Assembly: GCA_035541735.1 (NCBI GenBank)
Contig: DATKMS010000036.1
Location: 334 to 64,333 of the forward strand
Direction: 5' to 3'
Origin: Candidatus Margulisiibacteriota bacterium
Lineage (GTDB): Bacteria; Desulfobacterota; Binatia; HRBIN30
Length of the DNA stretch: 64,000 nt
The stretch's first letter is position 1. Each line of letters opens with the position of its first letter. The notes below the pieces were generated by a model that was not told the origin of the DNA, did no database searches, and saw only the letters and a list, made by a program, of their open reading frames with translations. A program made the translations under genes and the position numbers. This document shows, piece by piece, positions 50,394 through 59,351 of the stretch.

Positions 50394-50401
50394 TGGTCAC
50401 A
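50386..50401. promoter_or_regulatory. perfect CRP/FNR-type palindrome TGTGA-N6-TCACA
   Basis: tgtga cattgg tcaca at 50386-50401. It overlaps the first in-frame ATG of the Crp/Fnr gene and lies ~150 nt upstream of the divergent amidohydrolase-P450 genes. Confidence 0.6.
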
Positions 50402-50549
50402 GACTCGAACTGGCGCTTCACCTACTGCTTCCGCATCACGATGGCAACGGAGACCCGTGTTCGTGTGCGCTTCGGTGTTCAGACGGCCCATCTTCACCGG
50501 CGCCCGAGCCCGAGTCACGAGCACGTGCACGAATGAGGGAGGACTGACA

Positions 50550-51704
50550 ATGGCTGCTTACGAGATGATTTCTGCCGACTCGCATATCGTCGAGGCACCT
50601 GATCTCTGGGAGAAGTGGCTGCCCAGAGAGTTTTTTCCCAAGGCGCCGAAGTTGGTGAAGGATGCCGAGGGTGGCGACGCCTGGCAGTACCGGCCCGGCA
50701 CGCCGCCGGTGCCGCTCGGTTTGGTGACCACCTATCCCGGACGTACCTACGAACACTTCAAATGGACCGGCGCCAAGTACGACAAGATCAACCAGGGCGC
50801 CTTCATCGGCGCGACGCGCATCCAAGAGCAGATAATTGATGGCGTCGACGCCGAAGTGCTGTACCCGTCGCAGCGCACCATGCGCCATTTCATGCTCGAT
50901 GACGACGGCGAGTTCCACAAACAAGGCATCCAGGCCTACAACAACTGGATGGCCAAGGACTTCATGGCTGCCGACACCAAGCGCCTCATCGGCCTGGCGC
51001 AGATGCCCAACCTCGGCGTCGAGGAGATGATCATCGAGATGCGGCGCGCGAAGCAGATGGGCATGCGCGGTGTGATCCTCTCCAGCTGGCCGAGCGGCGG
51101 CACTTCGTTGCAGGTCGAAGACAACGCGTTCTGGGCGGAAGCCGAGAAGCTCGACCTGCCGGTGAGCATCCACCTCGGCGTGGCATCGAAGCAGAGTGGG
51201 AAAGCCCAGACGAGCACGGGCATGATGGAGGGTGCCGGTCTGCTCAGCACGGGTGCGAAGACGATCGTCGGATACTCCTGTGCCGGCATAGATACCATGC
51301 CGGTGATCATCGCTGAGACCATCCTCTCCGGCCTGTTCGACCAGTTCCCGCGCCTGCGTTTCATCTCCGTCGAGGCCGGCGCCGGCTGGGTGCCCTACTT
51401 CCTGGAGCAGATGGATGATCGCTACTTCCGCAACCGCAGATGGGCCAAGGTCGAGCTGGAGATGCTGCCCAGCGCCTACTTCCGCCGCAATTGGCTCGTC
51501 ACTTTCGTGCAGGACTTCTACGGCGTACGCAATCGCCATGCCGTCGGCATCGGCAACATGATGTGGTCGACCGATTACCCGCACCACATCTGTGACTGGC
51601 CCTACTCCCGCAAGCTCGCCAACGAAATGTTCGCCGGCGTGCCGGAACACGAGCGCAGACAGATCTGTGCCGGCAACGCCGCCGCGCTGTACGGGCTGCA
51701 GTGA
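50550..51704 (+). CDS. amidohydrolase-2 (ACMSD-like) family protein
   Basis: GAGGGAGG precedes ATG 50550. ISADSHIVEAP (metal-binding start) and a C-terminal WSTDYPHH motif are present. Confidence 0.8.
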   Translation: MAAYEMISADSHIVEAPDLWEKWLPREFFPKAPKLVKDAEGGDAWQYRPGTPPVPLGLVTTYPGRTYEHFKWTGAKYDKINQGAFIGATRIQEQIIDGVDAEVLYPSQRTMRHFMLDDDGEFHKQGIQAYNNWMAKDFMAADTKRLIGLAQMPNLGVEEMIIEMRRAKQMGMRGVILSSWPSGGTSLQVEDNAFWAEAEKLDLPVSIHLGVASKQSGKAQTSTGMMEGAGLLSTGAKTIVGYSCAGIDTMPVIIAETILSGLFDQFPRLRFISVEAGAGWVPYFLEQMDDRYFRNRRWAKVELEMLPSAYFRRNWLVTFVQDFYGVRNRHAVGIGNMMWSTDYPHHICDWPYSRKLANEMFAGVPEHERRQICAGNAAALYGLQ

Positions 51705-51709
51705 GATTT

Positions 51710-51824
51710 GCGTTAGAGCGTGGGAGCGTGGAAGAGTGTGGGAGCGTGAAAACGTGGAGCGTCAGAGAGTGAGGGCGTGGGAAAATGAGAGCTGCGATCG
51801 CTCCCAGACTCTCACGCTCTACGC
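51710..51824. repeat. stem-enclosed C-depleted G/A/T tract of ~8-nt units
   Basis: gcgttagagcgtg (51710-51722) pairs with cacgctctacgc (51813-51824). The enclosed tract is ggagcgtg gaagagtg tgggagcgtg aaaacgtg gagcgtc agagagtg agggcgtg ggaaaatg. I counted only ~7 C in ~75 nt, and almost all sit in GCGT. Confidence 0.75.
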
Positions 51825-51838
51825 ATTAGGGTGTCAGC

Positions 51839-53011
51839 ATGGAAGATCTGCTTGAAACCTTCGGCGGCCACTTCATGAGCGAAGTACCGGATCCATATCC
51901 GGTCTACGCGCGCTTACGACGCGAGGCGCCGGTGAAGCACCTCGATCTACCGATGGCACCGGCCTACCTGGTCACACGCTACGAGGATGTGGTCACGGTC
52001 CTCAGGGACGCGGCGCTGTTCTCGTCGCAAGCCAATGCCAAGGGCATCGGTCTGGTGATGGGCAAAACGATCCTCGAAATGGACGGCAAAGAGCACACGC
52101 GGCACCGCAACATCATCTCGATGGCGTTCGTGCCCAAGGCGTTGAAAGGCGAGCTTCCGGAGACCATCGCATCGATCGCGCACGATATGATCGACCGCTT
52201 CGCGCGCGACGGGCACGCCGATCTGGTGGCGCAGTTCACGCGCACGTTTCCGTTGCGCGTGATCGCGCACATCATCGGTGTGCCGATCGATGACTATGAG
52301 ACCTTCAAACGCTGGTCGCTCGACCTCATCGGCTTCGCGGATGATCCGCCCAAGGGGTTCGAGGCGGCGGAGAAACTGGTGGAGTTCCTGCGCCCGATCG
52401 TTGCGGCCCGCCGAGCCGAAGCACGCAGCGACCTGCTCAGTACACTGGTGCACGCCGAGGTCGATGGCCAGCGCCTGGACGATGACGAGATCTACGCGTT
52501 CCTCAAACTGCTGCTGCCGGCCGGCTCGGACACCACGTACCGGTTGATCGGCAACGCCCTGTTTGCGTTGTTGACGCACCCCGAGCAGCTTGTGGAAGTA
52601 CGCGCCGACCGCGCCCAGATCGCCGCGCTGATCGAAGAGACGCTGCGCTGGGAGGCGCCGGTGCAGTACGCGTCGCGCGAGACCACGGCGCCGGTGACGC
52701 TCGGGGGCGTCGAGCTGCCCGCAGGCACGCAACTGCTCACCGCGCTCGGCTCCGCCAACCGCGACGAGCGCCACTTCCCAGACCCGGACCGCTTTGACAT
52801 CCATCGCCGCATCGACGAACACATGGCGTTCGGCTTCGGCCGGCACTTCTGCCTCGGCTCGCATCTGGCACGGCTGGAAGCAACCACGGCGCTCAACGCC
52901 CTGTTCGATCGCTTGCCGAACGTGCGCCTCGAACGCGGACAAGCATGCGGCGTGGTGGGTCTGGCCTTCCGGTCGCCGAATCGCTTGCCGGTGCAATTCG
53001 ACGCGAGATGA
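51839..53011 (+). CDS. cytochrome P450
   Basis: ExxR (EETLRW) and the heme-binding loop FGFGRHFCLGSHLA are present. 390 aa. Confidence 0.9.
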   Translation: MEDLLETFGGHFMSEVPDPYPVYARLRREAPVKHLDLPMAPAYLVTRYEDVVTVLRDAALFSSQANAKGIGLVMGKTILEMDGKEHTRHRNIISMAFVPKALKGELPETIASIAHDMIDRFARDGHADLVAQFTRTFPLRVIAHIIGVPIDDYETFKRWSLDLIGFADDPPKGFEAAEKLVEFLRPIVAARRAEARSDLLSTLVHAEVDGQRLDDDEIYAFLKLLLPAGSDTTYRLIGNALFALLTHPEQLVEVRADRAQIAALIEETLRWEAPVQYASRETTAPVTLGGVELPAGTQLLTALGSANRDERHFPDPDRFDIHRRIDEHMAFGFGRHFCLGSHLARLEATTALNALFDRLPNVRLERGQACGVVGLAFRSPNRLPVQFDAR

Positions 53012-53018
53012 GGAAACC

Positions 53019-53837
53019 ATGTCGGACTACGAGACGTTACTGTACGAGGAGAAGGACGGGGTGGCGTGGGTTACGCTCAACCGTCCCGCCGTGCACAACG
53101 CCTTCAACGTGCAGATGCAGCGCGAGCTGCACGAGCTGTGGCGCGGCTTGCGGCGCCACGACGCCGTCCGCGTCGTGGTGCTGACCGGGGCTGGGGACAA
53201 GGCGTTTTGCACGGGCATCGACCGCACCGAAACGATGGGCGAGTACCCCAAGCCGGGTGAGCGCGTCGTCGGCGCGGCGTCGACGCCGTTCATGTTCGAC
53301 GACCCGGGGGCCAACATCGGGCCGAAGAGCTGCGATCTGTGGAAGCCGGTGATCGCTGCCGTCAACGGCATGGCCTGCGGCGGTGCCTTCTACATGCTCG
53401 GGGAGGTGGAGTTCATCATTGCGGCCGAGCACGCCACCTTCTTCGACCCGCACGTGACCTATGGCATGACCGCGGCGTTCGAGCCGATGCACATGCTGCA
53501 GAAGATGCCCTTCCACGAGATCATGCGTCTCTCCTTGCTCGGCAACCACGAGCGCCTGTCGGCTACGCGGGCGCACGAGGTCGGTCTGGTATCGGAAGTG
53601 GTGCCGGCGGGCCAGCTGCGGGAAGCAGCCCAGTGGGCGGCAGAGGCGATCGCTTCGGCGCCCCCGCTCGCCATCCAGGGGACCGTCCGCGCGATTTGGG
53701 CGGCGCGTGAGCTGTCCCGCTCGCAAGCCCTGGGGCTGGGCTATGCCTTCGTTGGCATGGGAACGAACCAGGAGTCGATCCGTCAAGGTCAGGCGGCCTT
53801 CGCTTCCGGCAAGCGCATCAAGTGGAAGCTGCGTTGA
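53019..53837 (+). CDS. enoyl-CoA hydratase/isomerase family protein
   Basis: GAGGAA precedes ATG 53019. VAWVTLNRPAVHNAF, VLTGAGDKAFCTGID and AAVNGMACGGAF are present. Confidence 0.85.
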   Translation: MSDYETLLYEEKDGVAWVTLNRPAVHNAFNVQMQRELHELWRGLRRHDAVRVVVLTGAGDKAFCTGIDRTETMGEYPKPGERVVGAASTPFMFDDPGANIGPKSCDLWKPVIAAVNGMACGGAFYMLGEVEFIIAAEHATFFDPHVTYGMTAAFEPMHMLQKMPFHEIMRLSLLGNHERLSATRAHEVGLVSEVVPAGQLREAAQWAAEAIASAPPLAIQGTVRAIWAARELSRSQALGLGYAFVGMGTNQESIRQGQAAFASGKRIKWKLR

Positions 53838-53901
53838 GAGCGTGCTCGTGTCCGTGTTCGTCCAGGTGGTTCCTTTCGAGCACGAACACGAGCACGCTCT
53901 C
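53836..53901. repeat. long hairpin with hexamer-periodic arms
   Basis: gagagcgtgctcgtgtccgtgttcg (53836-53860) against the reverse complement of 53877-53901 (gagagcgtgctcgtgttcgtgctcg) gives 25 bp with 2 transition mismatches. The arm reads gtgctc gtgtcc gtgttc. Confidence 0.8.
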
Positions 53902-53939
53902 CTTGTCGAGCTGCAGCCTCGCTGTTACGCTCGATTCGT

Positions 53940-54695
53940 ATGTTGCGCGGCGACTTTCATCATCACATCGATGCGGATCCGATCGACGGCAAGTTCGTGC
54001 CCCACTCCGCCGGCGCCCTGATCGATTGCGCCGCGGCGGCCGGGCTGCAGGCGCTGGCCATTACCTGTCATGAGTCGGTTCCGTACGACGGTGACGCTAC
54101 GCGCTACGCAGCGGAGCGCGGCGTGTTGCTGCTGCGCGGCATGGAGGCGACAGTCGAGGGGCACCACGTCCTGCTCCTGAACTTTCCGGAGTTCCCCCCG
54201 GGCGTGTGCCGCATGGAGGAGATCGCGGCACGCAAGACGCGCGACGCCATGGTGATTGCGCCGCACCCGTTTTACCCGATCGGGATGGGCATGGGCGACA
54301 CGCTGGCGAACTATCCCGGCATCTTCGACGCGGTGGAATTCTCGGGCATGTATACACCGCTGACCCGGCGCTTCAACCGCCGCGCTGCCGACTACGCACG
54401 ACACGCGGGCGTGCCGGTGATCGGCAACTCCGACACGCACTTCTTGTGGCAGCTCGGCCAGACGTACACGCTCATCGATGCGCCGCCGCAGCCGGCCGCA
54501 GTCATCCGAGCGCTGCGCCAGGGGCGGATACAACTGGTCACGCGGCCGTTGAGCTGGCGGCATGTCGTGCGCTTCGTCGCGAGCTCGGGCGGCACCGTCG
54601 ACGTCCTGCGCGACAGCTTGAGCTATCTGGGGCGTATCCTGCGCCGCACGCGTGCAGCACGACGGCGATTCGATGAACCGCGCGGGTTGAGGTGA
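53940..54695 (+). CDS. PHP-domain metal-dependent phosphoesterase
   Basis: GDFHHHIDAD at the N-terminus, AITCHE, GMEATV and GNSDTHF are typical PHP motifs. Confidence 0.75.
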   Translation: MLRGDFHHHIDADPIDGKFVPHSAGALIDCAAAAGLQALAITCHESVPYDGDATRYAAERGVLLLRGMEATVEGHHVLLLNFPEFPPGVCRMEEIAARKTRDAMVIAPHPFYPIGMGMGDTLANYPGIFDAVEFSGMYTPLTRRFNRRAADYARHAGVPVIGNSDTHFLWQLGQTYTLIDAPPQPAAVIRALRQGRIQLVTRPLSWRHVVRFVASSGGTVDVLRDSLSYLGRILRRTRAARRRFDEPRGLR

Positions 54696-54844
54696 GCCGC
54701 CGCTGGCGGTGAGGGCACCGGGCGTTCACGTTGCAACCCAAGGATGAAGTTTACTTTCAGCGTCCTGCGGTGCTAGTGAGTGGCGATAGGCGCGGAGAAC
54801 AGATTGCGTTGTATCCAGCATTCTGTGGGCAGAAGGCCTTTAGG

Positions 54845-55483
54845 ATGGCGCATCCAACTCAACGGCTCATGAACGTCGATTCATCATGGTTCAGGAGGGT
54901 GAAGCGGCTACCGCTCGTGGCAGTGGGGCTCTGCGGTGCATGGGCACAGCCGGTGGCGGCCATGTCGCCAGTCCGCTCGGCGCTGCTGGCTGTCCAGTTC
55001 CAGTTGAGCGCCAGCGCGGCGGCGCCGGGAGTGTTGGGGCACGTGCATCGCTTGGCATCGCACAGCGAGCGGACGCTGAGCCGGCTGGCTGCTTTGGTGA
55101 TCAACGGGCTCGACACCTGGTTGTGGATGCTCCTGTCGGCCGCTCTCTTCTTGGTTGTGACAGCGATCGCGTCGGCGGCCGACCTGCGGATGTTCACGTC
55201 GGGATGGCACAACCCCCAGGCCTCGACCCGCGACCTGGTGCACGGTGTGCGCATGTTCTTCCGCATCGTGCGTGATGCGCGGACTCCCTATCTGCCGCGG
55301 GCAGTCGTCGTCATGGCGCTGTTGTACTGGCTGCTCCCGGTGGACCTGCTCGGGGATGGGATGCCGGTCGTGGGCATGCTGGACGATCTGCTCATTGCGG
55401 TGCTGGCGGCGAAGCTGTTCATCTACTTGTGTCCCGATGCAGTAATTGCAGCGCATGCCGCTGCCCTGCGAACGGGCGCATAG
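54845..55483 (+). CDS. membrane protein with C-terminal DUF1232 (YkvA-like) domain
   Basis: The start is uncertain (54731 or 54845). C-terminal TPYLPRAVVVMALLYWLLPVDLLGDGMPVVGMLDDLLIAVLAAKLF matches the DUF1232 pattern. Confidence 0.55.
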   Translation: MAHPTQRLMNVDSSWFRRVKRLPLVAVGLCGAWAQPVAAMSPVRSALLAVQFQLSASAAAPGVLGHVHRLASHSERTLSRLAALVINGLDTWLWMLLSAALFLVVTAIASAADLRMFTSGWHNPQASTRDLVHGVRMFFRIVRDARTPYLPRAVVVMALLYWLLPVDLLGDGMPVVGMLDDLLIAVLAAKLFIYLCPDAVIAAHAAALRTGA

Positions 55484-55488
55484 GACGC

Positions 55489-55677
55489 TCAGTCGTCATG
55501 CTCCTGCGCCACTCCGGGGTCGTAGCCGGAGCAGCGCAGAACGGGAAGACGCGGGTAGCGCGTGAAGGACGAGTCGATGTCTGCCAGCGCGCAGCGGTAG
55601 AAGGTCGAGCCGCGCGCGTTGCCGCCTATCCGGCAGTGCTGGCACTGCGCGCAAAGGCCGACCGCCACGATTTCCAT
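55489..55677 (-). CDS. small conserved cysteine-cluster protein
   Basis: 62 aa. CAQCQHC...FYRCAL...YPRLPVLRCSGY resembles a widespread small uncharacterised Zn-ribbon-like family, recognised from memory only. Confidence 0.5.
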   Translation of the reverse strand: MEIVAVGLCAQCQHCRIGGNARGSTFYRCALADIDSSFTRYPRLPVLRCSGYDPGVAQEHDD

Positions 55678-55690
55678 CTGGCCGCAACGC

Positions 55691-56953
55691 TCAGGCGGCG
55701 TCGGCCGCCGTGCTGCGACTGCGCGCTTCGATGAGTGTGATCTCCCGCGGCGTGCACAGGCGGATGCGCTGGCCGGTCACGCCGAGCCCGCAGTTCACGT
55801 AGAGAAAGCTGCCGTTGCGTTCGAAGAGACCACGAGCGAATGGGGTGATGAACTCAGCAAGGTTGCGCACGCGGCCATTGAACCACGGCACTCCCAGTTG
55901 GCCGCCATGCGTGTGCCCCGACAGCGTCAACGCAACTCCGGCGGCGGCCGCCTGCGGGAAGATGTCGGGTCGATGGCAGAGCACCAGGACGGGTTCTTCC
56001 GGCGGCAGGGTCGGCAAGACCTGTGCGAGGTATGCCACTGCCCTGACCCCGCGTGCCCAGTCGCGCCCACGGTCATCGAGTCCAACGATGTGCAGGCGTG
56101 CCCCGCCTATGCTGATGCTGGTGCACGCATCGCGCAGGGTCGTGAAAGAGGTCAGCTGCCGTAGCTTGGCGTGCACCCGCTCGGCGCCGGCGTAGTGATC
56201 GTGGTTGCCGAGGATTGCCACGACGCCGTGAGCCGCGCGCAACTGCGCCAGCCGCGGGAGCAACGCGTCGACGTCGGTGTAGGGAGAGTCGACGATGTCA
56301 CCGGTGATGCAGATGAGGTCCGGCTGCAGGGCGTTGACCCGCCCCACGAAGCGCTCCAGTTGGTCCGTGCCGAGATTGTCGCCGAGGTGAATGTCGCTGA
56401 TTTGCACGATGCGCAAGCCGTCGAGCGCAGGCGGAAGGGCGCGCAACGGTAGCTCCAACCGTGTGATCCGGAGTCGACGTTGGCCGATCGTGTAGCCGTA
56501 TGTGAAGGCCACGGCGATACCTGCCATACCGACATTCGCCAGCCACTGAAAAACGGGACTCATGCCGGAGACTGCCAGCGGACCGAGATGCGTCGGGCGC
56601 GCCTCCACCGCCAAGGCTTCCAAGAAGACGCGCACCGGCGCCCACAAACCGGCCAGCACGGCGAGGTAGCTGACGCAAAACAGACACGTGAAGGCCCCTG
56701 CAAAGTACAGACGGGGAAGAGGACCGACGCGCCGGCCGCGGCGCCGGCAGTCCGTCGTCCAGCGCATCAGGCTCCGGTTGGCACCGTACATCGCCACCGG
56801 GACGAGCAAGTAGCCTGCAAGACCAGCCTCAGCGAACGCTGGCCACAGCCACCAGAGCATGATGACCTGCGCCAGACTGATCGTGACGACCAGCAGACTG
56901 AAGAAGTTCGCAAAGAAAAGCGACGTGAGACGGCGGCGGAGACGATGCAGCAT
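55691..56953 (-). CDS. membrane-anchored metallophosphoesterase (calcineurin-like)
   Basis: Start taken at ATG 56953 (MLHRLRRRL...), followed by several N-terminal TM segments. Motifs IVQISDIHLG, ITGDIVD, GNHDH and GHTHGG are present. Confidence 0.85.
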   Translation of the reverse strand: MLHRLRRRLTSLFFANFFSLLVVTISLAQVIMLWWLWPAFAEAGLAGYLLVPVAMYGANRSLMRWTTDCRRRGRRVGPLPRLYFAGAFTCLFCVSYLAVLAGLWAPVRVFLEALAVEARPTHLGPLAVSGMSPVFQWLANVGMAGIAVAFTYGYTIGQRRLRITRLELPLRALPPALDGLRIVQISDIHLGDNLGTDQLERFVGRVNALQPDLICITGDIVDSPYTDVDALLPRLAQLRAAHGVVAILGNHDHYAGAERVHAKLRQLTSFTTLRDACTSISIGGARLHIVGLDDRGRDWARGVRAVAYLAQVLPTLPPEEPVLVLCHRPDIFPQAAAAGVALTLSGHTHGGQLGVPWFNGRVRNLAEFITPFARGLFERNGSFLYVNCGLGVTGQRIRLCTPREITLIEARSRSTAADAA

Positions 56954-57387
56954 CGGTTCGAACAGTGCGCTTGCAACACGCCGCAGGAGTGTAACCGAAT
57001 CCCGGTGCGTGTGCCAGAGAGGATTCGGCAAGCGCCTTACCTCACGGCATCGAGACCCCGAGCCGTTCGACGCGGTTGCGTGCAGACTTCCCGCTTCGTG
57101 ACTTGCCAGCAGCCCAATGGACGGCAGCAATCGGCGCCCTTGGTCCCTTCTGCGGGGGCGATAGTGGCTCACAAGCTCATGTACTACGCAAAGTGACTTG
57201 GCAAGTATACACACCATCACCTCAACATATCAATTGGAGATGGTTGCAGCATCGCGAGCGCGCTCTCGCGTCATGCGGTAGGGGACGCTGCGAGCTGGCC
57301 GCGAGTTTGCTGAGCGGCACGTCAGTCCGCTGAGGGTCGCCTGATCACTGTCCACCCAAGGCTGGCGAATACCGAAAGGAGGGTCCT

Positions 57388-59340
57388 ATGCACACCCAGA
57401 GGCAGCGTCAGGCGCATGCGCACGCAACGGTGCGTTGCAGTGGCTTGCGACTCGCCGATCTCAAGGCCCGTCAGCCGATGGCGGCGCGGTTGATGAACGT
57501 CAAAATCCCCATGGACGTCGCGGGCACCATCGATCTGGTCGCCGCTACGGTCGGTGCGTCGAAGACAGAAGCGGTGATTGCCCTGCGGAAGCAGCGCTTG
57601 GCGAAGACGCCGGCACGTCTCGCCCATGCGCTAATCCTATTCCTGTTGAGCCTCGGCGCAGGCTCCGCTCAGGCCAAGACCCTGTGCATGGTGAAGGTGC
57701 ACGGGAAGGGTGGCTACGAGTTGTCCGATCCAAGCGGCTATTGGGCCGAGGACTATTGGGCGAATGGACAGTTCCAGTCCATCGCCCAACCGTGCGCGGG
57801 CATGCCGACGCTCACGACCCATGCCGATGGAACCTACGGCCAGGACGTCGCGTTTCAGCGCGCGTACTGTGGTTGCGGCATCGCTCGCTGGCAGGGATGT
57901 GATTACCTGTGGCGTCCCCAGAACGGCGTGACCGATCCCGGGATCAATGGACAGTGGCCCTCGTCATGGCCCAACGGCTGGGCGTCTGCCGACACGAATA
58001 ACCCGATCAATCAGTGCGTACGCACGGGACCGTATTGGCCACGGCAATGGCCGGTACCGCCGCAGTACCAGGGCGTGTTGGAACAGATCAACGCGTTCCT
58101 CGATCAGACCGGGTGCGACGATCTGACGATCGTAACGCACTCGAACGGTGGGAACGTCATCCGCTATGGTTTCTCATACACGCAAGTCTACACGATGTCG
58201 CCATGTCGACAGGGAGGCAGCTCGAGCGGTGCGCTTGATCCCGGATGCGTCACGCTCCGGCAGCACCAGCTACGCGTGATCAATGCGACGACCAACGTGA
58301 TCACGCTGCATGCACCGTCCACAGGGAGTGAGGCGGCGAACCTGGTCCAAACGCTCACAAGTGGGCAGTACTCGTGGGCGACTGGCTGGATCGCCGAATG
58401 GCTCGGCACGCCATACGACCGGGCGACGCAGGAGTTGACGAGCAGCGCGATGCTCGTGCGCAACTCGAACTTCATGTACGGCACGCGCACTCCGCTGCGG
58501 CAGTGGCCGATCGCCACCCAGGATGGCATCCCGCTGCGCATTGCGCGCTGGATTGCCATTGCTACCGGCCTGTCGACGACGCAGATGCTCGAAGATGGCA
58601 CGCATGCCGAAGATTACGAACTGCTGGGCGCTGCTGGGGTCGTGCCGTTCGCCGGCAGCAACGACGGGCTCGTTACCTTCGCATCGCAGGCGGCAGTCTA
58701 CACCGGGAACAGCGACATCTGGTCTGCGACGGGTCAGCACGACACGGCTGCCGCAGCGACGTACAGTGGCCTCGGGAACAACGGCAACAACCATCATCAC
58801 GCCCGACTCGGCGGGGCTGCCGGCGGGTTGTGGCGACCGGTGTACTGGCGGTGGGAGAACACGACGCCGATGACGCTGTCCTGGCCCGGTCCGGCGTTTC
58901 CGGCGCCCGGTGGGCCGGGCAGCTGCAGTCGCGTCCGCATCGGTACGAATCCAGATGGGTCGACCGTCGACGCGATGACGTGTCCAACGTGGCCGGTGCC
59001 GAGCTACTTCTCGCATGGCGTGGCGGTCCCTGCGTGTCCGGATGCAAGCTGCCTTGCAAATCAAACGCGCGGCTATCCGGCCGGCGCCGACGTGGCATTC
59101 TGGATCTCAGCGTTCGTTGAGGCGAGGGCGGCTAGTTGGTGTGGACCGGCGCTTGCGAACAGCAGCAATATCCCGAGCGGTCAGTGGATCAACTATTACC
59201 GCAACACGCTCACCTGCGGCGGCAGCCTGGGGTTCGGTTGCGCGTATGGACCGACGTGGTCGCTCGTTGCACAGCAGACCATCTACGAAGGTCCATACGC
59301 ACCGAACGCCGGCCGGCAGGTTTGCGCGTGGCAGTGTTGA
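57388..59340 (+). CDS. secreted alpha/beta-hydrolase-fold (lipase/esterase-like) protein, Trp/Cys-rich
   Basis: Signal-like ARLAHALILFLLSLGAGSAQA lies ~75 aa into the ORF. The nucleophile-elbow-like motif is TIVTHSNGGNVIRYG. The true start is probably internal, for example TTG 57598 giving MAKTPARLAHALILF.... Confidence 0.5.
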   Translation: MHTQRQRQAHAHATVRCSGLRLADLKARQPMAARLMNVKIPMDVAGTIDLVAATVGASKTEAVIALRKQRLAKTPARLAHALILFLLSLGAGSAQAKTLCMVKVHGKGGYELSDPSGYWAEDYWANGQFQSIAQPCAGMPTLTTHADGTYGQDVAFQRAYCGCGIARWQGCDYLWRPQNGVTDPGINGQWPSSWPNGWASADTNNPINQCVRTGPYWPRQWPVPPQYQGVLEQINAFLDQTGCDDLTIVTHSNGGNVIRYGFSYTQVYTMSPCRQGGSSSGALDPGCVTLRQHQLRVINATTNVITLHAPSTGSEAANLVQTLTSGQYSWATGWIAEWLGTPYDRATQELTSSAMLVRNSNFMYGTRTPLRQWPIATQDGIPLRIARWIAIATGLSTTQMLEDGTHAEDYELLGAAGVVPFAGSNDGLVTFASQAAVYTGNSDIWSATGQHDTAAAATYSGLGNNGNNHHHARLGGAAGGLWRPVYWRWENTTPMTLSWPGPAFPAPGGPGSCSRVRIGTNPDGSTVDAMTCPTWPVPSYFSHGVAVPACPDASCLANQTRGYPAGADVAFWISAFVEARAASWCGPALANSSNIPSGQWINYYRNTLTCGGSLGFGCAYGPTWSLVAQQTIYEGPYAPNAGRQVCAWQC

Positions 59341-59351
59341 AGGAGAACCCG

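Noticed and set aside
50436-53020. Minus-strand ORFs 50436-51650 and 51947-53020
   Set aside because: They lie antisense to the amidohydrolase and P450 genes, both of which carry diagnostic motifs on the + strand.
57225-57245. TTGGAGATGGTTGCA upstream of the hydrolase gene as a sigma54 promoter
   Set aside because: The spacing between the GG and GC dinucleotides is two nucleotides short of the canonical -24/-12 geometry.
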